DNA of 64,000 bases from Bacteroidales bacterium (lineage in GTDB: Bacteria; Bacteroidota; Bacteroidia; Bacteroidales; VadinHA17), in NCBI GenBank assembly GCA_049654745.1, contig JBASIK010000202.1:9111-73110 (forward strand). Direction: 5' to 3'. This document shows positions 21,264 through 30,963 of the stretch, piece by piece. Under the pieces are notes generated by a model, which was given only the letters and a program-made list of their open reading frames with translations, was not told the DNA's origin and did no database searches. Every line of letters begins with the position of its first letter. The stretch's first letter is position 1. A program made the position numbers and the translations under genes.

Positions 21264-22604
21264 ATGAGAATTATAATTGCAGGTGCCGGTGAGGTTGGAA
21301 CCCATCTGGCAAAGATGTTGTCGAATGAAAATCATGAAATCCTCATTATTGATCCTGATGAGGAAAGGCTGAAGCCTATTGATTCAACGCTTGATGTATT
21401 AACTTTACATGGATCAGCTACTTCTGTCAATCTCCTTCAGAATGCAATGAAGAAAAAGACTGATCTGTTCATTGCTGTAACTCATTCTGAAGACACAAAT
21501 ATTACGGCTTCTATACTTGCCAGGAGGCTGGGAGCAATAAAAACCATTGCAAGGATTGACAATCTGGAGTATCTCAACCGGGAGAATGAAGAGTTCTTCA
21601 AGTCATTGGGGATTGATTCGCTAATATATCCCGAATTGATTGCTGCCAGAGAGGTGCTGATGCTTCTTCATGAAACCGGGACAACTGACTTTATGGAATT
21701 CTCTGGTGGACAGCTTGTTATGTATGTTCAGAAACTTGATGAGAAGGCCCCGGTACTGAATAAAAGTCTCAAGGAGATTGCCAAACTTTACAAAACAGAT
21801 CAGTACAGGGCAATTGCAATAAAAAGAAACGAAAAAACCATCATTCCAGGTGCTGAAGAAGTGTTTCAACCTGGCGATGTTGTGTATCTGATTTCGACAC
21901 GTGAAGGCATAGACGAGATGATGAAAACATCGGGTAAAGAAAGTTTTGAGGCTAAGAGCATAATGATAGTGGGAGGAAGCAGAATCGGGAAGCATGTAGC
22001 ATTGCACATGCAGAAAACCAGTGCTGTTAAGCTAATTGACTCAGACTATGAAAAATGCCAGGCTCTTGCAGAACTTCTTGAGCAGACTCTGATTATCAAT
22101 GGCGATTGCCGTGATGCAGACCTTTTGAGCCGGGAGGGAATAGGCAATATGGACTGCTTTGTGGCAGTAACAGGAAACTCCGAAACAAATATTCTTTCGT
22201 GTCTTCTTGCAAAGAAGATGGGGGTAAAGAAAACTATCGCCGAAGTTGAAAACACTGAATATATCCATCTGTCTGAGAATATAGGAATAGACACTATAAT
22301 TAACAAGAAGATAGCTGCTGCCAGCAGGATTTTCAGATATACAACAAATCCCAATGTAACACAGGTTAAATACATTGCAGGTGCAGAAGGAGAAGTTGTT
22401 GAATTCATCGTTCCGGTAAATGCAAGAATAACAAAGGGAACACTCCGCAGTATAGATTTCCCCGACGAAGCAATTGTTGGGGGAGGAACAAGGGATGGGA
22501 TACCATTTATAGCTACAGGTGACACCATTATTAAAGCCAACGATAGGGTTGTAGTATTCACGCTTCCTTCGGCGTTTGAAAAGGTCTCTAAATTCTTTAT
22601 CTAA
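21264..22604 (+). CDS. trkA: Trk potassium uptake system, NAD-binding subunit TrkA
   Basis: Two tandem RCK/Rossmann units (IIAGAGEVG and IVGGSRIG), 446 aa. Confidence 0.93.
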   Translation: MRIIIAGAGEVGTHLAKMLSNENHEILIIDPDEERLKPIDSTLDVLTLHGSATSVNLLQNAMKKKTDLFIAVTHSEDTNITASILARRLGAIKTIARIDNLEYLNRENEEFFKSLGIDSLIYPELIAAREVLMLLHETGTTDFMEFSGGQLVMYVQKLDEKAPVLNKSLKEIAKLYKTDQYRAIAIKRNEKTIIPGAEEVFQPGDVVYLISTREGIDEMMKTSGKESFEAKSIMIVGGSRIGKHVALHMQKTSAVKLIDSDYEKCQALAELLEQTLIINGDCRDADLLSREGIGNMDCFVAVTGNSETNILSCLLAKKMGVKKTIAEVENTEYIHLSENIGIDTIINKKIAAASRIFRYTTNPNVTQVKYIAGAEGEVVEFIVPVNARITKGTLRSIDFPDEAIVGGGTRDGIPFIATGDTIIKANDRVVVFTLPSAFEKVSKFFI

Positions 22605-22610
22605 TCGTGT

Positions 22611-24056
22611 ATGATCAATTTCAGGATCATAGCACGGATTTATGGCTTAATGCTAATTTTCGAGGGAATAATGATGCTTGCCGCTGCAGGCATATCTTAT
22701 TTTCTTAAAGACCCAGCAGCCTCATCGCTTCTTTTTTCAGGATTAATTACAATTACAGCTGGCGTTTTCGTTTATGCACCAGTAAAAGGGGAAGAACAAC
22801 TCTACAGCAATCGTGAAGGCTTTCTTATAATAACAGGGACATTTCTGATTTACATCATCACCGGCATGCTCCCCTACCTGCTTAGCGGGACAATAAAGAA
22901 TATCACTGATGCATTTTTCGAATCAGCTTCAGGTTTTACGACTACAGGGGCTACTATTCTGAACAGTATCGATTCACTACCCCGGGGAATAATTTTATGG
23001 CGAAGCCTTACCCAGTGGATTGGTGGTCTGGGAATAATTTTTCTGTCGCTGTATGTCCTGCCTGTATTCAAGGACAATATCATTCAGCTTTCAACCACAG
23101 ATTTTTCAGGTCAGTCTCAGGATAAAATCTACCCCCGGTGGGCCGACACTGCTAAAAGGCTGATTTCATTATATATTATTCTTACCATTCTTGAGGCTCT
23201 TTTTCTGGCAGCCGGAGGAATGAACCTGTTCGACGCAGCCTGCATCTCGTTAAGCACACTCTCTACCGGTGGTTTTTCTCCGCATAACTACAGTCTGACA
23301 CTATTCACAGCACCGTATGCAAAAATTGTTATCACCCTTTTTATGTTTCTGGGTGGAACCAACATGGCTATCATTTATTATCTTTATAAAAGAAATTTAC
23401 AGAAGATTAAAGAGAACCGCGAGTTCATTTATTATCTTGTCCTATCTCTGGCATTCTGTCTGGTAGTATCGGGGCTTTTGATGGCTCAGAAACACCCTTT
23501 CTCCGAATCGGTCATAAACGGCTCTTTCCATGTGATATCAATAATAACCACAACAGGTTTTTACACAAACGATTATACCCAATGGGGTAATTTTATAGTC
23601 CTGCTGTTGTTTATTCTGATGTTTACAGGCGGTACAGTGGGTTCTGCAAGCGGAGGAATAAAAATTGCAAGACTGATGACACTTGGTATAAATACCAGAA
23701 TGGAAATCAAAAGGCTAATACATCCCGATGCCTACCTGCCTGTAAGAATTAACCGTAAAATTATACCACAGGAAATAGTTTACAATATACTTGTATTTGT
23801 AACAATCTATTTTATAATAATTTGCAGCAGTACATTCATTTTTTCCATGATGAATTATGACATAATAACTTCTTTCAGTACTGCAGCATCAATACTGGCC
23901 AATATAGGGCCAGCAATTGGAGAATTTGGGCCATTAACCACCTACTCCTCCCTGCCTGTTGCAGGCAAGTGGTTTATGTCGTTTCTGATGATACTCGGCA
24001 GACTTGAAATGCTTGCAGTAATGGTGCTTTTTGCAAGGAGCTTTTTCAGGAAATAA
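22611..24056 (+). CDS. trkH: TrkH-family potassium transporter
   Basis: 481 aa, polytopic. Repeated selectivity-filter-like segments (TTTGAT, STGGFS, TTTGFY, SASGGIK). It lies 6 bp after trkA. Confidence 0.93.
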   Translation: MINFRIIARIYGLMLIFEGIMMLAAAGISYFLKDPAASSLLFSGLITITAGVFVYAPVKGEEQLYSNREGFLIITGTFLIYIITGMLPYLLSGTIKNITDAFFESASGFTTTGATILNSIDSLPRGIILWRSLTQWIGGLGIIFLSLYVLPVFKDNIIQLSTTDFSGQSQDKIYPRWADTAKRLISLYIILTILEALFLAAGGMNLFDAACISLSTLSTGGFSPHNYSLTLFTAPYAKIVITLFMFLGGTNMAIIYYLYKRNLQKIKENREFIYYLVLSLAFCLVVSGLLMAQKHPFSESVINGSFHVISIITTTGFYTNDYTQWGNFIVLLLFILMFTGGTVGSASGGIKIARLMTLGINTRMEIKRLIHPDAYLPVRINRKIIPQEIVYNILVFVTIYFIIICSSTFIFSMMNYDIITSFSTAASILANIGPAIGEFGPLTTYSSLPVAGKWFMSFLMILGRLEMLAVMVLFARSFFRK

Positions 24057-24064
24057 TTGACTTT

Positions 24065-24697
24065 CTAAAATTCAAGAGTTCCCAGACCCTGCCTTATTAT
24101 TACCGGTTCTTCGCCTGTGCAATCCACAACAGTTGAAGGTTCATTGCTTCCGTAACCACCGTTTATCACAACATCAACCATGTCCTTGTATCTTTCATAA
24201 ATCAGTTCAGGGTCAGTTGTATATTCAATTATTTCATTACGGTCATGAATTGATGTGGTTATAAGTGGTCTGCCCAGTTCCCTCACAATTTCAAGGATAA
24301 TGTTATTTTTCGGTATCCTGATTCCTACAATTTTCTTTTTGTTTCTGAACATTTTGGGAATCTGGTTATTTGCCTTGACAATAAATGTAAATGGACCCGG
24401 GAGGTTTCTTTTCAAAAGCTTGAAGATATTGTTATCCTTTATTATGGTGTACTCGCTCAGTTGACTCATGTCATAAAAAATTAATGACATGTCAGGGTTT
24501 TTTGGGTCAGTTCCCTTAAACCTTGCAATTTTCTCAATTGCATGAGTTGCTTTTATATCGCACCCCATGGCATAAACAGTATCGGTGGGGCAGATAATAA
24601 CTCCGCCCTTTTCAAGAACTTCCACCACTTTGCGGATCTGTCTGGTACCTGGATTCTCAGGATGAATTTTTAACAACATAGTGACTACTTTTTTCAA
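24065..24697 (-). CDS. tsaC: L-threonylcarbamoyladenylate synthase (TsaC/YrdC/Sua5 family)
   Basis: GGVIICPTDTVYAMGCD and the ...PLITTS... pattern of the YrdC domain. The true start may be the internal MLLKIHPENP. Confidence 0.85.
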   Translation of the reverse strand: MKKVVTMLLKIHPENPGTRQIRKVVEVLEKGGVIICPTDTVYAMGCDIKATHAIEKIARFKGTDPKNPDMSLIFYDMSQLSEYTIIKDNNIFKLLKRNLPGPFTFIVKANNQIPKMFRNKKKIVGIRIPKNNIILEIVRELGRPLITTSIHDRNEIIEYTTDPELIYERYKDMVDVVINGGYGSNEPSTVVDCTGEEPVIIRQGLGTLEF

Positions 24698-24791
24698 ATA
24701 TACAAAATGAGAAGTAAAAATTCACCTTTTTATAGACGGGTATAAGGTTAAAAACTATCAAAACACAAAGACCATGGAATAAACTTAAAAA

Positions 24792-24888
24792 GGGTAAGTT
24801 ACTTATATCGCACCGCTACAACCGCCTACCCTTGCTACCTTCCGGTCCTGGGGGAGTTCAGCAGGAGCTGGTCGTATAAGACTTACCC
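24792..24888 (-). ncRNA. ffs: Signal recognition particle RNA (small bacterial 4.5S type)
   Basis: The minus strand reads GGGTAAGTCTTATACGACC...CCCCCAGGACCGGAAGGTAGCAAGGGTAGG...CGATATAAGTAACTTACCC. It carries the conserved domain IV AGGnCCGGAAGGnAGCA with a GGAA tetraloop. The termini pair (GGGTAAGT/ACTTACCC) and a T-run follows. Confidence 0.88.
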
Positions 24889-24892
24889 TGTG

Positions 24893-24900
24893 CAAAATTA
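24893..24900 (-). promoter_or_regulatory. -7 promoter box (TAATTTTG) for SRP RNA
   Basis: The reverse complement of CAAAATTA matches TAnnTTTG and ends 4 nt before the GGG 5' end of the RNA. Confidence 0.55.
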
Positions 24901-24947
24901 ATAAAATTTATGCACAGGGCAAATGATGTTAAAATTGGTTTTTAAAT

Positions 24948-24955
24948 TATATTTG
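24948..24955 (+). promoter_or_regulatory. -7 promoter box (TATATTTG)
   Basis: Matches TAnnTTTG, 30 nt upstream of the ATG at 24985. Confidence 0.4.
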
Positions 24956-24984
24956 CCTGTAAGTCATACCTAATAATTTATTTC

Positions 24985-25518
24985 ATGGAAGAAAAAGTTT
25001 CCGTCTGGAAAGCAAACCTTACGAATGGTTTAATATTCGGGCTGATATACATCGTATATACCCTGATAATGTATTTTCTGGACCTTTCACTTAACAGGAC
25101 GCAGGGTTATATTTTTCTCGCAGCCGAAGTGATAATTCTCTATTTTATGGTAAAATCATACCGCGACAGTTATCTCCACGGTTACATAAAGTACGGTCAG
25201 AGTGTTGGGGCTGGTGTAGTGATTTTTCTGTACTTTTCTGTTATCGCCGCCCTATTTACGTATATTCTTTACAAATTCATCGACCCCGGGCTAATTGACA
25301 AACAGCTTGAAATGGCTGAAGAGATTCTTGCACGCCGTGGTATGAGCCAGGAAATGATTGATACCAGCATGAAAATACAGAAAAAGATATTGATTCCAGA
25401 GTTTATTGCCCCGGCAAGCATAATCAACAACATGCTTCTTGGTACAATCATGTCGCTGCTGGTTAGCATTTTTACAAGGAAAGAAGGTAATCCCCTGATT
25501 GACATCCCGGAAAATTAA
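24985..25518 (+). CDS. DUF4199-family membrane protein
   Basis: 177 aa with four predicted TM helices. The N-terminus (WKANLTNGLIFGLIYIVYTLIMYFLD) resembles the Bacteroidota DUF4199 family. Confidence 0.7.
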   Translation: MEEKVSVWKANLTNGLIFGLIYIVYTLIMYFLDLSLNRTQGYIFLAAEVIILYFMVKSYRDSYLHGYIKYGQSVGAGVVIFLYFSVIAALFTYILYKFIDPGLIDKQLEMAEEILARRGMSQEMIDTSMKIQKKILIPEFIAPASIINNMLLGTIMSLLVSIFTRKEGNPLIDIPEN

Positions 25519-25527
25519 TTAAAACAG

Positions 25528-26481
25528 ATGGATCTGTCTGTTGTCATACCTGTCTATAACGAAGAGGAATCGTTGCCTGAGCTGGCAGAATGGATTGTAA
25601 GAGTTTGCCGCAATTCAGGGTTTACTTATGAAATTATTTTCATTGACGACGGAAGCAGTGATTCATCATGGAAAGTTATCGGTGATCTATGCAGGTTGAA
25701 CAATAATATTAAAGGTGTAAGTTTCAGAAGGAATTATGGGAAGGCGGCGGCTCTGCACACCGGGTTCGGGCTTGCTTCAGGCGACGTTGTGATTACCATG
25801 GACTCAGACCTGCAGGATAGTCCGGATGAGATTCCTGAGTTATACCGCATGGTAAAGGAAGAAGGTTATGACCTTATTTCGGGATGGAAGAAGAAAAGGT
25901 ATGATCCGTTTGTCAAAAGAGTTACAAGCAGGTTCTACAACTTCACAGCAAAAGTATGGTCAGGTATCAGACTGCATGATTTCAACTGTGGATTAAAGGC
26001 TTACAGGAATGAGGTTATAAAAAGTATTGAGGTCTTTGGGGAGATGCATCGCTATATTCCTATTCTTGTTAAAGAAGCAGGATTTAAGAAGATTGGTGAA
26101 AAGGTTGTGCAGCACCGGCCAAGAAAATATGGAACAACAAAATACGGTCTCGACAGGTTCATCAAAGGATACCTTGACCTGTTGACTATAGGCTTTATCA
26201 CCAGGTTCGGAAAGAGTCCGATGCATCTTTTCGGTTTGCTTGGCACGCTGATGTTTCTGGCAGGCTTTTTAATGGCAGGATACCTCGGAGGCAGGAAACT
26301 CTGGTATGTTTCGCACAATATGAGAGCTCCTCTGGTAACCGACAGTGCCTGGTTCTATATTGCACTCACAGTGATGGTTATAGGTACGCTCCTGTTTTTG
26401 ACCGGGTTCATAGGTGAGCTTGTGAACAGAAATTCACCCGAAAGAAATAAATATTTGCTGAAAGACAAAATAAATGCCTGA
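25528..26481 (+). CDS. Family 2 glycosyltransferase (polyprenyl-phosphate sugar transferase, GtrB/ArnC-like)
   Basis: VVIPVYNEEESL, FIDDGSSDSS and DSDLQD (DxD) motifs plus two C-terminal TM helices. Confidence 0.88.
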   Translation: MDLSVVIPVYNEEESLPELAEWIVRVCRNSGFTYEIIFIDDGSSDSSWKVIGDLCRLNNNIKGVSFRRNYGKAAALHTGFGLASGDVVITMDSDLQDSPDEIPELYRMVKEEGYDLISGWKKKRYDPFVKRVTSRFYNFTAKVWSGIRLHDFNCGLKAYRNEVIKSIEVFGEMHRYIPILVKEAGFKKIGEKVVQHRPRKYGTTKYGLDRFIKGYLDLLTIGFITRFGKSPMHLFGLLGTLMFLAGFLMAGYLGGRKLWYVSHNMRAPLVTDSAWFYIALTVMVIGTLLFLTGFIGELVNRNSPERNKYLLKDKINA

Positions 26482-26484
26482 ATA

Positions 26485-27183
26485 TCAGCCAACAGGCGGA
26501 AGTTCCTCAGCTGCTCTGTAATAATCTTCCGGAATACCTATGTCGATAAAATAGGCATCTGAAACATATCCGGTAATCAGATTGTCAGAGATCTTTTTCT
26601 CAAGTATGTCTTTTTCGAGTGAAAATTTTTCTCCAGGGGCGTTCTCCTCAAACCATTTTTTGTTCACAACATAAATGCCTCCGTTTATTAAGCCCCCTGT
26701 ATCTGCAATTTTTTCTCCGAATGCCACTATCCTGTTTTCCTGAAGAATTACTGCACCGTAGCGAGCAGCATTTTTTACCGGATGCAGGGCAACTGACATT
26801 ACTGAGCCGGTGGAATTAAAGAAATCCTCAAAATCATGAAAATTAACTTCAAAATAAGTGTCGCCGTTAAGAAGAAAAAAATTTTCTCCTTTGATTTTTT
26901 GCATTGCCATTAGCACGGCACCTCCTGTTCCGAGTGGTTCGGCCTCAACAGAGTATTTAATATTGAGGTTTTTATATCTGGAGTCAAAGAAGGATGATAT
27001 TTTTTCGTGTTTATATCCAGTGGCAAGAACAACTTTTTCAACGCCTTGTTTTTCAATTAAATCAAGAAGCCATGTCAGAAATGGTTGTCCTCTGACAGGG
27101 GCCATGGGTTTCGGTAAATCGTCAACCACTCCACGCAGCCGTGTTCCCAGTCCTCCTGCAAGTATTACGGCCTCTTTGATCAT
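26485..27183 (-). CDS. Sugar-1-phosphate nucleotidyltransferase (HddC-like)
   Basis: AVILAGGLGTRLR...LPKPM nucleotide-binding signature, 232 aa. Confidence 0.85.
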   Translation of the reverse strand: MIKEAVILAGGLGTRLRGVVDDLPKPMAPVRGQPFLTWLLDLIEKQGVEKVVLATGYKHEKISSFFDSRYKNLNIKYSVEAEPLGTGGAVLMAMQKIKGENFFLLNGDTYFEVNFHDFEDFFNSTGSVMSVALHPVKNAARYGAVILQENRIVAFGEKIADTGGLINGGIYVVNKKWFEENAPGEKFSLEKDILEKKISDNLITGYVSDAYFIDIGIPEDYYRAAEELPPVG

Positions 27184-27186
27184 CGT

Positions 27187-28209
27187 TCAGATAGTCCAGG
27201 TTTCGAGTCCGCGTTTGGTAAATTCATACTTCTGCTCATGTCCACCGAATTGTTTAAGAGCCCGGATAACGTTATATCTTGTATTGCGTGGACAATAGAA
27301 GAACATATATCCTCCCCCTCCTGCCCCGCTTATTTTACCTCCGGTAGCTCCTGCTTTGAGGGCTGTATCATAAATTGTGTCGATGTGGGGGTTTGTTATT
27401 CCGCCCGCCATCTTCTTCTTATATTTCCATGAATTGTCAAGCAATTCTCCCAGAGAGTCAAGTTCCCCCTTCAGCAATGCTTCTTTCATACTAATAGCCA
27501 GCTCCTTAAGTTTGTGCATTGCTTCAACCGATTCGGTAACACCTTCCTTAACATTCCGTTGCTGGTTTTCGATAATGCTCGAGGATAGTCTGCTGGTTTC
27601 AGTATAATAGAGTACTATGTTATTGGAGAGTTCGTTCAGGATCTGTTCTTTAATGCGGAGGGGGTTTACAATAACTTTGTCGTTTTTGTAGAATTCCATG
27701 AAGTTTACTCCGCCGAAAGTTGCGGCATACTGGTCCTGTTTCCCTCCTGCCATACCGAGGTCGTTACGTTCGATATCGCAGGCGAGCCAGGCAAGGTCAT
27801 ATTCGCCGAGGGGAAGCCGGAACCATTCAGCAAATGCTCCAAGGACTGCAACAACAAGTGTAGAGGAAGAACCAAGTCCGGAACCCGGAGGTGCATCTAC
27901 ATAAGCCGAAAGCCTGAAGGGTTGTGGTGAAAGCCTGAATTCCCTGATAATCCTGTTGTATACACCTTTAATCAGATCCATATTTCCATCAGGTTCGAGC
28001 CGCTCAGTAAGAGGGTACCTGAGTTCAAGATTCTTATCTTCAAGCCTGAAGGTGATTTCACCATTATCCCCGGGTTCTATTGAGGCATGTGCATAAAGAT
28101 TTATCGATGCATTAAGGATAGCTCCTCCAAATATATCGGAATATGGTGACACATCTGTACCACCTCCGGCAAGGCCTAACCTGAGGGGGGCTTTACTTCT
28201 TACTATCAT
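27187..28209 (-). CDS. GHMP-family sugar kinase (HddA / heptose-7-phosphate kinase-like)
   Basis: The start RSKAPLRLGLAGGGTDVSPYS and the GHMP motif PPGSGLGSSS. It lies 3 bp upstream of the nucleotidyltransferase. Confidence 0.82.
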   Translation of the reverse strand: MIVRSKAPLRLGLAGGGTDVSPYSDIFGGAILNASINLYAHASIEPGDNGEITFRLEDKNLELRYPLTERLEPDGNMDLIKGVYNRIIREFRLSPQPFRLSAYVDAPPGSGLGSSSTLVVAVLGAFAEWFRLPLGEYDLAWLACDIERNDLGMAGGKQDQYAATFGGVNFMEFYKNDKVIVNPLRIKEQILNELSNNIVLYYTETSRLSSSIIENQQRNVKEGVTESVEAMHKLKELAISMKEALLKGELDSLGELLDNSWKYKKKMAGGITNPHIDTIYDTALKAGATGGKISGAGGGGYMFFYCPRNTRYNVIRALKQFGGHEQKYEFTKRGLETWTI

Positions 28210-29344
28210 ATCCGGAAATTTTGATGTAAATATCTAAAATTCCTGCTGTCATTTTATCCCATGAATATTTTTTCTTTTCCTCTCTGATGTAGCTGGTAAA
28301 GTCAATAGAATTTCTCTCAGAAAGGAAACGGGTTATAGCATCGGCAATTTCAATCGGGTCGGGTTCAACAACATATCCACATTTTCCACCGGGAACAATT
28401 TCTTTCAATCCTCCCACCTTAGTTACTATCATGGGTATTTCAAAGTGGTATGCTATCTGGGTTACTCCGCTTTGTGTGGCACTTTTGTAAGGCTGAACTA
28501 CCAGATCGCAGGCAGAAAAGAAGAGTGCCACTTCATCATCATTTATAAACCTGTTGAACAGAATAATATCATTTTGCAGTTTTTCTTCCTCAATGAGTTT
28601 TCTATAAGGCTGTTCGTCTTCATAAAACTCGCCAGCAACTATCAGTTTTGTCTCAGTGTATTCTTCTCGCACCCATTTGAAAGCTTTTAAAAGGATGTCC
28701 AGACCCTTGTAAGGTCTGACAAAACCAAAAAATAGGATATAATTGAAAGAGGGATCCAGTCCGAGCCGGGTAAGTGCTTCTTTTTTTTCTATTTTCTGTC
28801 CGAAGTTATCGAATAGCGGATGTGGCGTCAGATACACCGGTAAATTGCTCCGGAACTTCAGCAGGTCGGTTTTTACCGTTTCTGACATCACAATAGCACC
28901 GTCAACAGATTTAACGAAATAATTAGTTAAGAATCTGTCACCCGGACGTTTTTCGTGTGGTATAACATTATCGAAGATTGCTATGATTTTTGTATGCCGG
29001 TTCGACTTTGCTATGCGTGCTATGGTTCCGAAACATGGTGCCATAAATGGCAGCCAGTATTTGAAAATGAGGATATCAGGCCCTGTCTTTTTGATTTTCA
29101 AGCCAGTAATTATCCATGCAAACGGATTGACAGAACTCATCCTCCTTTCTATTTTAAGGTCAGAAGGTGCAGGGGCTGATGAAAACTGCGATTTACCCGG
29201 GAAAAGAAATGAAGGGTATTGTGTCGTAAAAGTTATTATGGAAACGTCATGACCTTCAGACTGGAACTGACGTGCAAGGCGTTCGTTGTATGCTGCCAGT
29301 CCGCCCCTGAATGGATAGGCAGTACCTGCAATAATGATTTTCAT
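28193..29344 (-). CDS. Family 4 glycosyltransferase (GT-B)
   Basis: 383 aa. The C-terminal half has the EGFG-type pattern (SGVTQIAYHFEIPMIVTKVGGLKEIV). Its 3' end overlaps the kinase start by 17 bp. Confidence 0.85.
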   Translation of the reverse strand: MKIIIAGTAYPFRGGLAAYNERLARQFQSEGHDVSIITFTTQYPSFLFPGKSQFSSAPAPSDLKIERRMSSVNPFAWIITGLKIKKTGPDILIFKYWLPFMAPCFGTIARIAKSNRHTKIIAIFDNVIPHEKRPGDRFLTNYFVKSVDGAIVMSETVKTDLLKFRSNLPVYLTPHPLFDNFGQKIEKKEALTRLGLDPSFNYILFFGFVRPYKGLDILLKAFKWVREEYTETKLIVAGEFYEDEQPYRKLIEEEKLQNDIILFNRFINDDEVALFFSACDLVVQPYKSATQSGVTQIAYHFEIPMIVTKVGGLKEIVPGGKCGYVVEPDPIEIADAITRFLSERNSIDFTSYIREEKKKYSWDKMTAGILDIYIKISGYDSKK

Positions 29345-29407
29345 AGTATAAAAGTACTAAACTCTACTTACCCGATGATGTAAAAGGAAGAAAAATTATC
29401 CATGTCC

Positions 29408-29538
29408 GGGGCTGTCTTTAAAGTATTTATCTGATTTTCACACCATAATCCCCTGAGAAGAGATAATCTAACATACAATAACATATAATTCCTGGCACTA
29501 AAATATTCCCTTAATTATCCTCTTTCAAGACATCCCTG
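29408..29538. repeat. IR-bounded element, copy 2 (diverged)
   Basis: GGGGCTGTCTTTAAAG at 29408-29423 (14/16 identical to 209-224). The imperfect partner CTTTCAAGACATCCCT is at 29523-29538. The interior shares TTTTCA[T/C]ACC..AATCCC and ATACAATA blocks with copy 1. Confidence 0.5.
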
Positions 29539-29628
29539 TTATAATTCCCGTCTGACCACAGAGTGCGGGAAATAAAGTGTGTCTTTCAGAATATTATATC
29601 CGTTAAATCCAAAAATATTGCAGCATAA

Positions 29629-30963
29629 TCAGTTACCTGAATTCACATTGTTGTATTTTTCCTTAAATCTCCTGGTAAGCTGTTTATGTTTATTGTCGAG
29701 GCTGATATTTCTTCCTGTGATGAATGCAAGCTCCACGTTGTTGGTTTTCATGTCGAGCAGGTCGCCTGTCGACACCACTATATTGACATCCTTACCCGGC
29801 TCTAGAGAGCCTGTAACATTATCTATACCAAGTATTTTCGCATTATTGAGTGTGACAGTTTGGAGTGCTTCCTCTTTTGTAAGGCCGTAAGCAACTGTTT
29901 GGCCAGCAGCAAAAGGCAGGTTACCATAAGCCATTGAGGAATATGTAAGTCCTGTAAGAATGCCCTCCTTCATAAACATTGCAGCCAATTTAAAAGGCAT
30001 TCTCACGTCGCTGTGCTCATATAAAGGCAGGCTCATGGGATTAGCCACTATAACAGGTATATTATTCTCTTTAAGGAAATCCTTCACTTCCCATGCTGAC
30101 TCGTTTGCATTAGTCAGGACTATCTTTTTCACTCCATAGCGTTTGGCAAATGAAACTGCCGCAATGATTCCTTTAGCATCCTGTGCATTGATAAAGAGTG
30201 TCTTGGAACCGTTAAAGAGTCCTCTCATTGCCTCGAGCCTGAGGTTTGTCTTTTCAGGTTTTTCAACTGCTGCATAAGCCACTGCATCGGTAAATATTTT
30301 TTCCAGCTGTTCAACACTTCTTTCGTATGACGACTGGGCTGATGCTGCTGTTGTTTGCGTTTCTGTTACAAATGCCTGCCGTCCTGTTGTTTCAGCTCTT
30401 CTGGGCCAGCCAAGTATGAGGCCATTATCAGGCCAGTATGCAGCATCTTTCCAGTTCCATGCATCTAGCTGAACCACACTTGCAGTGCCAGGAAGAAGAG
30501 TTCCCTGAGGAACTATCTGCGCGATAAGTGTTCCATTGGAACGGATAACAGGAATAACATGTGAGTCGGTATTGTAGGCGACAATGGCCCTTACATTGGG
30601 GTTAAGGTCGCCCAGTTCCCTGCTATCGACAGTAACATCTACACCGCTTATCTCTACCAGTCCGAGAGTTGTATTTGGCAGAATAAGCCCGGGATAAACA
30701 TGTTTTCCGGTCACATCAATTACCTCATACTCGCGTCTGTCGAGCTTGCTGTCAGATGCTTTACCGACAAAAGTAATTTTGCCTGAAGCAAAAGCTATCA
30801 CACCGTTTTCAATCACTTCTCCTGTTCCTGTATGTATTGTTCCGCCGGTAAGCATAACAGGTTTTTTCTGCGGTGGTGCCACAACCGGGCTCTGAGCTCT
30901 TGCCTGAAAAATGCAAGCTATTGCTATTGAGATTATTACAGAAAGTATAACTTTTGTTTTCAT
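29629..30963 (-). CDS. Exported amidohydrolase-superfamily protein (~430-aa class)
   Basis: Signal peptide; GKHVYPGLI near the N-terminus and a C-terminal GSLEPGKDVNIVV pattern, typical of amidohydrolase-fold metallo-hydrolases. Confidence 0.8.
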   Translation of the reverse strand: MKTKVILSVIISIAIACIFQARAQSPVVAPPQKKPVMLTGGTIHTGTGEVIENGVIAFASGKITFVGKASDSKLDRREYEVIDVTGKHVYPGLILPNTTLGLVEISGVDVTVDSRELGDLNPNVRAIVAYNTDSHVIPVIRSNGTLIAQIVPQGTLLPGTASVVQLDAWNWKDAAYWPDNGLILGWPRRAETTGRQAFVTETQTTAASAQSSYERSVEQLEKIFTDAVAYAAVEKPEKTNLRLEAMRGLFNGSKTLFINAQDAKGIIAAVSFAKRYGVKKIVLTNANESAWEVKDFLKENNIPVIVANPMSLPLYEHSDVRMPFKLAAMFMKEGILTGLTYSSMAYGNLPFAAGQTVAYGLTKEEALQTVTLNNAKILGIDNVTGSLEPGKDVNIVVSTGDLLDMKTNNVELAFITGRNISLDNKHKQLTRRFKEKYNNVNSGN

